64,000 bases of DNA from Candidatus Bathyarchaeia archaeon (lineage in GTDB: Archaea; Thermoproteota; Bathyarchaeia; Bathyarchaeales; Bathycorpusculaceae): positions 9,121 to 73,120 of the forward strand of contig JBMFMB010000003.1 of the NCBI GenBank assembly GCA_049970895.1. Direction: 5' to 3'. Made by a program: the position numbers and the translations under genes. The notes beneath the pieces were generated by a model that was not told the origin of the DNA, did no database searches, and saw only the letters and a list, made by a program, of their open reading frames with translations. Shown piece after piece: positions 8,894-18,457 of the stretch (the first letter of the stretch is position 1; each line of letters starts with the position of its first letter).

Positions 8894-9403
8894 CTATTTT
8901 CGTTTGAAAACTTTTGAAGATATAGGAATAGGTATGGTTGTTGTCTCCTTTGGGGTGTCAAAAACCATGCATGTTAACGTCTTTTCTATGCCCTTCACGG
9001 TTCTCAGCTTGTCTATTACGAATCTTCCAACGGAATCCACGTCCTTATCTTTAACTTTGATTAGGATGTCCCAGTCTCCAGATATTATGTGAACTTCTTG
9101 AACTTCTGGAAACTTTGAGATTTGTTCGGCAATTGCTCTTTGGGACAGCGTTTCACCCTCCTTGTTGGTTCGATATGAGAAGGATGCCAGTATGAAGGCT
9201 GTCACACCAAAGTCCAGTCTCTTATGGTCTAGAATTGCCCTATACTCCTTTATTATCCCCTGCTGTTCCATCCTCTTTATTTTTGCGAAAACAGTTGTTA
9301 TTGGCGAGTTTATTTTTCTCGCAATTTCCTTTGCTGTCATCTTACAGTTTTTCTGCAGCAAATCCAGTATTGCTAAATCCTTTTCGTCAAGTTTGAAGCT
9401 CAT
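8894..9403 (-). CDS. Lrp/AsnC transcriptional regulator
   Basis: LDEKDLAIL HTH and C-terminal RAM domain (ISGDWD). Confidence 0.92.
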   Translation of the reverse strand: MSFKLDEKDLAILDLLQKNCKMTAKEIARKINSPITTVFAKIKRMEQQGIIKEYRAILDHKRLDFGVTAFILASFSYRTNKEGETLSQRAIAEQISKFPEVQEVHIISGDWDILIKVKDKDVDSVGRFVIDKLRTVKGIEKTLTCMVFDTPKETTTIPIPISSKVFKRK

Positions 9404-9506
9404 GTGAAAAAATTACATAAATCGAAACTTAAAAAGGTTACTATTTGATAAAAATACAGAATTTTCAATAAAAAATTTAAAAACATTAATTGGCATTCTC
9501 AATCTC

Positions 9507-10487
9507 ATGAGCACAAGCCTCATCGAGAGCTTAAAGAAAAGATACTTAATACTAAGAGACAACGGCCTGGCAAACGTCTTTAAAGTCCAAGATGAGATAG
9601 TATCCTCAATTAGGGCTTTCCTAAAAAATGAGGGTTTCGTTGAAATTTTGGCTCCAATAATTGGACCAGCAACAGACCCGGGCATTAGGGGGGCAAAGCA
9701 AGCCACCATAGACTATTATGGTTTCCCATTCAAAGTTATGAGCAGCATGATACTCTACAAACAAATGATTATTACTGCTTTGCCAAAAGTTTTTGCCCTA
9801 TCACCAAACATTCGCCTAGAACCATTAGAAACCGTGAGGACACGCCGCCACCTAACAGAGTTTAGGCAAATAGACCTTGAAGTAGCCTACGCCAAATGTG
9901 AAGATGTCATGGAGCTTGGTGAAAGAATGCTCCGCTACGTGATAGCTAAAGTGAAAAGCAAGTGCCGCAAAGAGCTTGGAGAACGCCTAAAAACCCTTAA
10001 AGTGCCAAGATTACCCTTCAAAAAATACACGTACAAGGAAGCCCTTGAAATTGTCAAAAGTATGGGGATAAATGTGGAGTATGGTAAAGAGATTCCTTGG
10101 GAAGCAGAAGAAGCCATTTCGCGAATGCACAGCGAACCCCTCTGGATAACGAACTTCCCAGTCACGGCGAGAAGCTTCTACTACATGGAAAGCGGAGAAG
10201 AGCCCGGCATTTTAAAAGACTTTGACCTAATATATCCCGAAGGCTTCGGGGAGGCAATTTCAGGCGGGGAAAGAGAACACCGCTACAGCAAGCTTTTGGA
10301 AAGGATGCTTAAAAGTGGTGAAAATCCCGCTGACTATGGGTGGTATTTAGAAATGCTAAGGGCTGGCATTCCTCCCTCAGCGGGTTTCGGGATAGGTGTT
10401 GAGAGACTGACGAGGTTTATTTGCGGTCTTGAAAACATTTGGGATGCCGTTCCATTTCCAAAAGTGGCCGGGATTCCTTCCCCGTAA
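9507..10487 (+). CDS. Archaeal asparagine synthetase (AS-AR; Asp/AsnRS catalytic core without anticodon domain)
   Basis: Motif 2 PNIRLE...RHLTEF, EAISGGERE, motif 3 SAGFGIGVERL; no N-terminal OB fold. Confidence 0.88.
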   Translation: MSTSLIESLKKRYLILRDNGLANVFKVQDEIVSSIRAFLKNEGFVEILAPIIGPATDPGIRGAKQATIDYYGFPFKVMSSMILYKQMIITALPKVFALSPNIRLEPLETVRTRRHLTEFRQIDLEVAYAKCEDVMELGERMLRYVIAKVKSKCRKELGERLKTLKVPRLPFKKYTYKEALEIVKSMGINVEYGKEIPWEAEEAISRMHSEPLWITNFPVTARSFYYMESGEEPGILKDFDLIYPEGFGEAISGGEREHRYSKLLERMLKSGENPADYGWYLEMLRAGIPPSAGFGIGVERLTRFICGLENIWDAVPFPKVAGIPSP

Positions 10488-10586
10488 ACCCGCAACGTTT
10501 AGTTGAAATATTGATTTTTGGTTCATAATGGTTAATTATATTTTGGCCAAACCTTGAAGCGTCAATGTTAAAGAAGGCGCAATTAA

Positions 10587-10838
10587 ATGATGAAGAAAGC
10601 CGTTATTAAAAGGGGTGAAACCTACACTGTTGACTTGACAAAAATTGATGGAGACGGTGCATTCCCCTGCCCAAAATGTGGTGTAATAATATCCCCAGAT
10701 GATGAAACCGAGGAAGTCTACCAGATTGTTGAAACAAAAGTTAAAGGGGACGATTTGGCAGAGCTAATCCTCCGCTGCAACAAGTGTGGAAGCACCATAA
10801 GGTTGGTGGGCTTCCTACAACAAACCATTGAAGGCTAA
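10587..10838 (+). CDS. Small zinc-ribbon hypothetical protein
   Basis: CPKCG...CNKCG. Confidence 0.8.
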   Translation: MMKKAVIKRGETYTVDLTKIDGDGAFPCPKCGVIISPDDETEEVYQIVETKVKGDDLAELILRCNKCGSTIRLVGFLQQTIEG

Positions 10839-10849
10839 AAACGCTAAAC

Positions 10850-11074
10850 TTACAGCTCCTTCTCAAATTTTCGGCTTACCGCAACAAAAACAAGCCACAA
10901 TATAGATCCGTAAAAGACCCCGTTAATGAGGGCGCTCACAAACTTCTGGTATTCTTCAGCAATTCTCCCAATTAGGGTGCAGATAAAATTTCCCGGAAAA
11001 ATTGGCGAGGGAATCAAGAGCGAGGTAGCTAGGAACATTGAAAAGAAGACTATCAATATAGGGATTCCCCTCAT
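10850..11074 (-). CDS. Small two-helix membrane protein
   Basis: Two hydrophobic segments; TATA-like sequence upstream. Confidence 0.65.
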   Translation of the reverse strand: MRGIPILIVFFSMFLATSLLIPSPIFPGNFICTLIGRIAEEYQKFVSALINGVFYGSILWLVFVAVSRKFEKEL

Positions 11075-11178
11075 GAGTTTCCCACTGTAAGCTTTTCATA
11101 AGTTCATCTGAAGTCGTGATATTTATTAAATTTTCTGCTTTTATGTTCAACAAGACTACAGAAAAGGTTAATCGAAAT

Positions 11179-12264
11179 TCAGAATATTGGAAATGACAAA
11201 ACAAAGATTACGATCAAAAAAGCCGCTATAATTTTTCTTCCAGTAGATAGGCTTGAAACGTCATCTAAGGGTCCAGGATGCCTTTGCATTGCTAGGAATA
11301 GGACAAATAATGCCATAAGCCAAAAATCACTGAGCAGCAACAAGACGATGGACGCTACTGTCAGAACTGCTCTAGCCTTATCTCCAACTGTGGATCTGGC
11401 GATGTGTCCTCCATCAAGCATTGCCGCGGGCAGAAGGTTAAGCATCGTAATGACAATGCCAACCCAACCAGCAAAACCAACAGGATGCAAATACAGTACC
11501 ATCCCTTGAGGGCGAACTGGGACCAGTCCACCAATTCTAAGCAGTTCGCCGATGAAAATCATGATCAGCGGGGTTGGAAGGATTGTGGCTTCTTTAACTT
11601 GTGGGGCGGGTACCGACATTGTCAAACCCACGGCAGTAACGATTATAGCTATTATAAAGCCGGAGATCGGCCCGCTCATTCCTATGTCAAATAAGGCGTC
11701 TTTATTGGGTGGAAGAGACTTTTGAATTATGACTGCTCCGAAGGTTCCTATTCCTCCACCAATTATGGGTGGTGGACCAGGAATGAAGTATGGAGGTGTT
11801 GCCTCTATCCTATTTTTGTTTGCCGTGAGTTTATGTCCCATTTCATGCACAGCCAGAATTGCCATTATAGCGATTGTAAAGGTAGCTCCTCCAAAAACAG
11901 GGTCTATTTCTCCACCTATTGAAGCTAGATTTGATGCCAAAATATACCCGGTTGTAAAGGTCGTTCCAATGGTTGCAAAAAACAGCAGCCAATTAACGAG
12001 AACTTTGCTGGGTTTAACTGGCTGCTTCTTGACAATTTTTAGGACTAGTTTTCCGTCGGCTCTCCTTAAAAAAGCTACAAAATTCATCGATTCAAGCCTT
12101 TTAAGCAAATTTAGAAACGCTTGTTTTGTTTCTTGAGGCTGTTTAAGGTAGAAGGTAGGAATGTTATGCTCTATTAGGGCTTCCTCTATCTGGAAGTTCT
12201 CGCATACCATCTCCTTTAACTTTTCAAATTCTGTTGGACTTGCTGTTTCCATTATTTCGTTCAT
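11179..12264 (-). CDS. Site-2 (M50) intramembrane metalloprotease
   Basis: HEMGH and NLLPAAMLDGG motifs. Confidence 0.93.
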   Translation of the reverse strand: MNEIMETASPTEFEKLKEMVCENFQIEEALIEHNIPTFYLKQPQETKQAFLNLLKRLESMNFVAFLRRADGKLVLKIVKKQPVKPSKVLVNWLLFFATIGTTFTTGYILASNLASIGGEIDPVFGGATFTIAIMAILAVHEMGHKLTANKNRIEATPPYFIPGPPPIIGGGIGTFGAVIIQKSLPPNKDALFDIGMSGPISGFIIAIIVTAVGLTMSVPAPQVKEATILPTPLIMIFIGELLRIGGLVPVRPQGMVLYLHPVGFAGWVGIVITMLNLLPAAMLDGGHIARSTVGDKARAVLTVASIVLLLLSDFWLMALFVLFLAMQRHPGPLDDVSSLSTGRKIIAAFLIVIFVLSFPIF

Positions 12265-12447
12265 GCTTTGCCCCTGTGACTTTTAGGACACCTACTAAAG
12301 CGGTTATGTATTAGAAAAGCTTATTGGATTTTATCTGGTTTTTATTCGGATTCTGAACCGCTAAAAACTTTTTAATGATCGCCAAAGCAAACGTCCACAG
12401 AAGCCTCAGCAGGAGATGTTATTCTTAAAGTAAAGGAGACAAGAAGG

Positions 12448-12976
12448 TGGAAAAAACGAAACAAGCAGAGATGATTCTTCTGTTGCTATTCTCTTTCCAA
12501 CGTATTGCGAAGCTGAAAACATTAAAAGCCTAATACACACAATTGAAAACTTAGGGATAAACTCAAAGATAATAGTTATAGACGTTCAAGCCCAGACGGA
12601 ACAGGAGAGATTGTCAAAAACTTCAGAGAATTTAGGGGAACGTAACATTGCTGACGCGTCCCTTTAAGGCTGGACTTGGAACGGCAATAACCCATGGCTT
12701 CCACTTTGTTTTATCTCGAAGCCACCTCAAAATATGTGGTTACAATAGATGCTGACTACTCGCATGATCCGAGGGAGATGCCTAGGCTGCTACAACAAGC
12801 TAAGAGGGGCTGCGACATTGTTGTGGGGAGCAGGATACCGCAACGGCGGAATTGTTAAAGGTTGGCCTCTGATAAGGTTGGCGATCAGCAAAATAGCTAA
12901 CAAGATAACTGCAAAAATTGTGGTCTTGCCAATAACAGACTTCACAAGTGGCTTCAGATGCTACTCTAGGGGCTAA
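12448..12976 (+). pseudogene. Dolichyl/polyprenyl-phosphate mannose synthase (GT2) pseudogene
   Basis: Motifs split across frames: PTYCEAENI, SPDGT, GLGTA, IDADYSHDP, VVGSR, DFTSGFRCY, then truncated. Confidence 0.85.
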
Positions 12977-13122
12977 CAAAAAATGAGATGTTAAGCTTCC
13001 TGCTATACATTATAAAAAACCTTTAAATTTTTAGTTAAAGCTGTGCCTAAATGGTAGAGATTTTTGTGCCGCGGATCGTTTCCAAACTAGATAGGACTCT
13101 ATTCTCTTCAAATTGACCATTG

Positions 13123-13540
13123 CTAAAAGATTGGATAGCGCCTCCAAGAATATCCCGACAAGTATCTTTGCGTAGTCGCTGATTTTCTGGAGTTTAAGTT
13201 CATCGACCAATATTTTTGTTGAGTATCGTGGCTTTTAAAGGCCATAGCACCTATTGTGGTGGGTACAATACCGACCGTTTTCTCAATTTGCTTGTGCCCA
13301 ATTACTACGCGTTCTCTTTGGCTCATGTATTCCAGCGGTATGCATGGACATCTTATAAAAACTTCTGCGTCTGGAACGAAAACGACTTTCTATCCCTTCC
13401 TTTTAAGGGTTATCCCTATAAAAGCATCATCGTTGATTATGTTGGGTGGGATTTTGGCTATCATCCCTTTCCTCATCGCCCACATTCCTCCCCCAAAGTG
13501 ACTTAGGTTTCCATTTAACATTTCCTTGAAAGCATTCTAT
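13123..13540 (-). pseudogene. GT2 glycosyltransferase C-terminal fragment
   Basis: GGMWAMR...IINDDAFIG...RKG*KVVFVPDAEV...EYMSQRERVVIGH with an in-frame TAG; no N-terminal half. Confidence 0.7.
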
Positions 13541-13544
13541 TGTG

Positions 13545-13684
13545 CATCTGCTGACGGTTTTATACCAATCTATCGGGGTCTCCGCTGTAACATTTTTCAT
13601 CAGAAGCATCGACGAGAAAGCCGCTGTTACCATTATTATGATTGCCGATAACGCAAATAGTTTTTCCCCTTTTTCCATTCCCAT
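13545..13684 (-). pseudogene. N-terminal fragment of a secreted or surface protein
   Basis: Signal peptide (KLFALSAIIIMVTAAFSSMLL...VTA) plus ETPIDWYKTV, then an abrupt join to the GT2 fragment. Confidence 0.5.
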
Positions 13685-13784
13685 TCCTCTTTTGGGTCAC
13701 GTATGGGATTGTGGACATTTTATTAAAAATTTTTAGAGGTTCTGACTCAGGATTAGAACAAAATTAAATTCAATAATTCACGTC

Positions 13785-13983
13785 TCATTTTCTAAAAATT
13801 TCAAATGTTTAGGCACCTCACCTTTTTCGCCGAAGGAGAAAACCTCGAAAAGCTCAAAGCTTGCCCAACAACCCTTACATTAGACGTGGGGGTGGTTGTG
13901 CCTTATACCAAGCCAAAAACTTCCCTAGAATTACATTTTGGACATACATTAAACTTATTTGCTAGGATTTCATCTAATTTCAA
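13785..13983 (-). pseudogene. Small zinc-ribbon protein pseudogene
   Basis: TTG-KLDEILANKFNVCPKCNSRE, frameshift, FWLGIRHNHPHV*CKGCWASFELFEV...KIFRK*. Confidence 0.6.
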
Positions 13984-14118
13984 GGCTTCTCAATTTCCAA
14001 AACAATAATTATGCTTCATGAAATTATGAGTTACTGTTAGAACGGGAAGATTCCTCTTCCCATATCAGATGCTGACAAAGTTTATTAGAGAAAACCGTCC
14101 TTCAAAAGGCTGTTCAAA

Positions 14119-14757
14119 ATGATAATTAAAATGTTCACTGTTGGCAAGCTCTTCACAAACTGCTACATCGTGGCGTGCCAAGAAACAAAGGAAGCCATAA
14201 TTATTGATCCCGGGTTTGAAAACGCGTCTGAAGCTGAAAGAATATTCAAGTTTGTTGAGGAAAACGCCTTAAAGCTAAAGTTTATCGTGAATACTCATGG
14301 GCATCCAGACCACATCTGTGGGAACGGAATAGTCAAGAGAAAGTTTCAGACATCAATTCTGGTCCATGAGAAAGATGCTTTCATGCTTGGAACCCTCGGC
14401 AAAGTAATCGCAAAATTCTTCGGGTTTAACAGTTCTTCGCCATCAGCAGATGTCCTCCTAAAAGATGGAGATTATGTGAAGTTTGGCAAAGTAGCCCTGA
14501 AAGTTATGCACACCCCGGGGCACAGTCCTGGAAGCATATCCCTAATAGGCGAAATGGAGGTGTTTACGGGCGACACTTTGTTTGCCGGCTCCATTGGAAG
14601 AACGGATCTTCCGCAAAGCTCAGAAACAGACATGAAGGAATCATTAAAAAAGTTGGCAGCTTTGCCTGCCAATTTTAAGGTTTACCCCGGACATGGTCCA
14701 ACAACCACTATTGAAGAAGAGAAACGGAGTAACCCATTCCTAATCATAAAGTGGTAA
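14119..14757 (+). CDS. MBL-fold hydrolase (glyoxalase II-like)
   Basis: THGHPDH, TPGHSPG, FTGDTLF and PGHG. Confidence 0.92.
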   Translation: MIIKMFTVGKLFTNCYIVACQETKEAIIIDPGFENASEAERIFKFVEENALKLKFIVNTHGHPDHICGNGIVKRKFQTSILVHEKDAFMLGTLGKVIAKFFGFNSSSPSADVLLKDGDYVKFGKVALKVMHTPGHSPGSISLIGEMEVFTGDTLFAGSIGRTDLPQSSETDMKESLKKLAALPANFKVYPGHGPTTTIEEEKRSNPFLIIKW

Positions 14758-14770
14758 AACAAGAGGCGTT

Positions 14771-15544
14771 TCATAAAGCCTCCCTAAACAAATCCTCGTC
14801 CTTTCCGATTTTCAGTTCCTTTGCACTTGATTTTTCGCAAAACTCCACGATATCCCTTAAGCCCTTAAAAATCACAACCGGTGTGGCTTCCTCGGCTTGT
14901 CCCATGAGAAGTTCGGCTGCAGCTGCGATTTCGTCGACAACAGCCACGTTCTTAACCTTCAATATGTAACCGTAAAGGTCTCTTTTACCCCTATAATCTT
15001 TGAAGGGTTTAATTCCAGCCAATCCTATGGCAAAGTTCACCTGCCCCCGCCTGAAGGGTCGGCTATAAGTGTCGCATATTATAACTGCCACATCCTTCCC
15101 AGTCAGCTTTTTTATTTCTTCTCGGCATTTTTCTGCTGACTTATCTGGGTTTTCTGGGAGAAGTGCAAAATTGCTTTCGCCTTCAATGTTTGACTTGTCT
15201 ATTCCAGCATTTATGCACACCAAACCGCGAACATCCTCCACCAGCAAAATGTCACTTGAAGCTTTTATGACCTCTTTGGTTTCTCTTAAAACAAGCTCCA
15301 CAAACTTCGGGCTTTTCCCAGTTTTTACGGCAATTTCCTTAGCCCTTTCAGAAGGGACAACCTCTTTAAGGTTAATGATTCTTCCCTCAGCCTTGGAGAA
15401 AATTTTCTGAGCAACAACAATTATGTCTCCATCCTCAATTTCTAAGCCATTTTTCTCTGCAGTTTTAACAATTATTTTTGCTATGTTGTCCCCGGGCTTT
15501 ATGATGGGGAAGCCTTCAAGGGCTATGGCTTTAAATTCTTTCAA
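14771..15544 (-). CDS. cofE: Coenzyme F420-0:gamma-glutamyl ligase, paralog 1
   Basis: QKIFSKAEG, NAGIDKSN, LLPENPD, DTYSRPFRRG and DEIAAAAELLMG. Confidence 0.92.
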   Translation of the reverse strand: MKEFKAIALEGFPIIKPGDNIAKIIVKTAEKNGLEIEDGDIIVVAQKIFSKAEGRIINLKEVVPSERAKEIAVKTGKSPKFVELVLRETKEVIKASSDILLVEDVRGLVCINAGIDKSNIEGESNFALLPENPDKSAEKCREEIKKLTGKDVAVIICDTYSRPFRRGQVNFAIGLAGIKPFKDYRGKRDLYGYILKVKNVAVVDEIAAAAELLMGQAEEATPVVIFKGLRDIVEFCEKSSAKELKIGKDEDLFREAL

Positions 15545-15722
15545 GGTTTACGCCAGCTTTTGTTTCCTAGATGATGTGCCTCCTCTATGTTAAAACTCTT
15601 GCTTTTCGTAAATTCTCAAACAGACTTGTATGATGTATTTCAAAGTTTTATTTTGAATTCATAATGCTTAAGCAGGTCTTGGCGAAAGGATAGCTTAACC
15701 GTAATAATATGGATGCATCCTT

Positions 15723-18398
15723 ATGAAGAACAAAAGCAAAGTTATAGCCTTAACCCTCGTTGTAATTTTCAGTTTGGCAATATTCTCCCTTATCAGTTTA
15801 CCTCCAGCTGTGAGGGCAACTTATTTTGAGGGAGAAATCACCATTGATACTGTTTGGACTCTTGTTGACAGCCCTTTCATCCTCTCCGGAAACGTCACCA
15901 TCCTTGAAGGCGTAACACTAACCATCGAACCGGGAGTTGAGGTAAGATTCGGCGGAAAGTTCTCAATCATCGTTAATGGGAGACTCATCGCGAAGGGAAC
16001 ATCTGAATTTAACAAGCTGATAAAATTCACCTCAAATAAAGAAGAGCCTGAACCTGGAGACTGGGGAACCATCTACTTTAATGGAACTGGCCAGCCTCCT
16101 TCGCTTCTGGAAAACTGCATAATAGAATATGGAATAAGTGGCACAACAATAGTTGATGGAGAACTAACTATCCGAAGCAGTATCATACGCTTAAACTCTG
16201 AAAAGGGAGTAATGGCATTAAACGGATCAGCGACAATTGAACATAGCAACTTGATATACAATAATACTGCAAGCGGCATCTACATATCTGGAGGCGATGT
16301 AACAGTTAGCGCCAGCAATGTAACATTTAATAAAGAAGGTATAACCCTAACGGGAAACCTAACAACATCCAATATTAACATAACAAAAAACATCATAGCC
16401 AACAATATATACGGAATAAAGTTGGACATTGAAGATTACAACAGAGAAGGCTTATTCATCGAAAAGAACAGAGTCCATTCCAACGATTATGGCTTTTATG
16501 TCTTGACAAACAACACGGTCATAACAAGAAACTACATTTACAACAACAGCGAAGCTGGAATTTTCTATGGACAAGGAAAACATGAAGCCCATTTCAACGA
16601 TATTTACAACAATACTCGCGGTATGGAAGTTGCTAATGCCATTGTAGATGCAACATATAACTATTGGGGTCATTGGAACGGACCTTATCATGAATTACTT
16701 AACCCACATGGTAAAGGCAACCCTGTAAGCGGCGATGCAGCCAACGTGCACCTCATATTCTTCCTATCAGCCTCAATAGACCATGAGAACCATCCGCCGA
16801 AGGCTGTTCTCTGGACGGACAAAGTGAATGTGGCGCCGGGACAAAACGTTACCTTCGTCGGCACCAACTCGTTTGATGAAGACGAATATGGTAGGATTGA
16901 CTACTACCTATACAACTTTGGAGATAGCAAAAATACAAGTTGGACAACTTCGTCTATGTTCTTCCACTCATACGTTTTGCCCGGCGAATATAATGCAAGC
17001 TTACAGGTGAGAGATGACTTTAACAGCACAAGTGAGGTTGCCACAACAACCATAAAGGTTGTGGATCTTCCAATTTTAGAGGTGTCATTAGTCCTTAGCA
17101 ATTATATTGTTGATTACAACTCGACGGTTTCAACCACAATTTATGTCACGAATGGCACACATCCTACTGCTTCAGCCAATGTAACCTTGTTCGCCGTAGC
17201 AAAAGGTTTCTTTGCAAACTTCACTAGCTCAACAAATTCCTCTGGATATTCCACACTAACTTTTGCTGCTCCAAATGTTAAAGATGTCACAGACATTAGA
17301 ATCATAGCTAGAGCATCGAAGAATGGATATGCCGATGGGTCAGCCTATGATTATTTGAGGGTTCTTCCACCGCTAAATGTTGCATTGGAGCCTGACCGCG
17401 AGAAACTTTTCTCAGATGAGACAATGAGCGTTAGGGTGAACGTAACCGACGCTTATGGAAAACCCGTCGTAGACGTGCTTGTTCATCTGTTTATGAATGG
17501 CTCGCTCATTAGTGAGGAGCTGACTGGCATTAATGGAATAGTCATATTCAATTTTACTACGCCTATAGTTTATGAGAATTCAACGTTGGCCATTCAGGTT
17601 GAAGCCGTCAAGAATTTGTATGCAAAAGGCTTCGCCATATGCATTATTAAAGTTATGCCTAAAGTGCTTGTTGTTCATGTGACCGCCGACCGCAATGTGA
17701 CTGTTTCCGAAGAGGAAGTCAGCGTGTTTGTCCACGTGGAGTATGATGGGGTACCCATACCCAATGCTAGCGTAACGCTATCCTTTAATTTTTCCGCACT
17801 TCCGCCTTTAACTGCATTCACAAGCAACTATGGCAATGCAACATTCACTTTCAACATGACAGCAATCCCCCACGATATGTTGATTGCTATTACAGCAGCA
17901 GCCAAGAAGGATGGCTATGCCGAAAACTATGACACACTCTTGCTGATGGCGAAGCCTGGAAACCTAACAGCCTTCGTTTATGCTGTTCCATACGCTGTTA
18001 AGCCCGGCGAATCTTCCAGGGTGGTCGTTTACGTTAAATGTGGTGAGAGGCCTGTTGCAAATGCAAATGTCACTGTAACAGCTACAATTGAAGGCTTCGT
18101 TCCAATAACTTTGTCCACGGATGTTAGTGGCTTTTGTGAATTGTATATCCATGCTCCCCAAACAGCTAAGCCTTTGAATGTAAGCATTGCTGTGGATGTA
18201 GCCAAAGTAGGGTATAATAGTGTGCACTTGCCGAATTGTTCCTTCTTCAACGTTGTTCCTGAGGCTGGCGGGATACCTTGGCTTACTATTTTGTTTGTGC
18301 TTATTCCAATGTTGCTTGTGGTTGTGATTGTTGTGTTGGTGAAGTTGGGGGTCCTTCGGGTTTCGTTTAGTGAGGAAGAGGAAGGTAGCGTTTCGTAA
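15723..18398 (+). CDS. Large membrane-anchored surface protein or adhesin (beta-helix, PKD and Ig-like repeats)
   Basis: Signal peptide, N.I..N..GI repeats, NYWG, PKD motif (YNFGD...HSY..PGEY), repeated ANVT..KxGY modules, C-terminal TM, many NxS/T sequons. Confidence 0.85.
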   Translation: MKNKSKVIALTLVVIFSLAIFSLISLPPAVRATYFEGEITIDTVWTLVDSPFILSGNVTILEGVTLTIEPGVEVRFGGKFSIIVNGRLIAKGTSEFNKLIKFTSNKEEPEPGDWGTIYFNGTGQPPSLLENCIIEYGISGTTIVDGELTIRSSIIRLNSEKGVMALNGSATIEHSNLIYNNTASGIYISGGDVTVSASNVTFNKEGITLTGNLTTSNINITKNIIANNIYGIKLDIEDYNREGLFIEKNRVHSNDYGFYVLTNNTVITRNYIYNNSEAGIFYGQGKHEAHFNDIYNNTRGMEVANAIVDATYNYWGHWNGPYHELLNPHGKGNPVSGDAANVHLIFFLSASIDHENHPPKAVLWTDKVNVAPGQNVTFVGTNSFDEDEYGRIDYYLYNFGDSKNTSWTTSSMFFHSYVLPGEYNASLQVRDDFNSTSEVATTTIKVVDLPILEVSLVLSNYIVDYNSTVSTTIYVTNGTHPTASANVTLFAVAKGFFANFTSSTNSSGYSTLTFAAPNVKDVTDIRIIARASKNGYADGSAYDYLRVLPPLNVALEPDREKLFSDETMSVRVNVTDAYGKPVVDVLVHLFMNGSLISEELTGINGIVIFNFTTPIVYENSTLAIQVEAVKNLYAKGFAICIIKVMPKVLVVHVTADRNVTVSEEEVSVFVHVEYDGVPIPNASVTLSFNFSALPPLTAFTSNYGNATFTFNMTAIPHDMLIAITAAAKKDGYAENYDTLLLMAKPGNLTAFVYAVPYAVKPGESSRVVVYVKCGERPVANANVTVTATIEGFVPITLSTDVSGFCELYIHAPQTAKPLNVSIAVDVAKVGYNSVHLPNCSFFNVVPEAGGIPWLTILFVLIPMLLVVVIVVLVKLGVLRVSFSEEEEGSVS

Positions 18399-18457
18399 GA
18401 CGTAATATTTAATAACCAAAGTGTACAGATACATAACATAAGTACAGGAGAAGATAC

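Noticed and set aside
14044-14061. Hairpin GGGAAGA-TTCC-TCTTCCC
   Set aside because: Isolated 7-bp stem with no supporting boxes or U-tract
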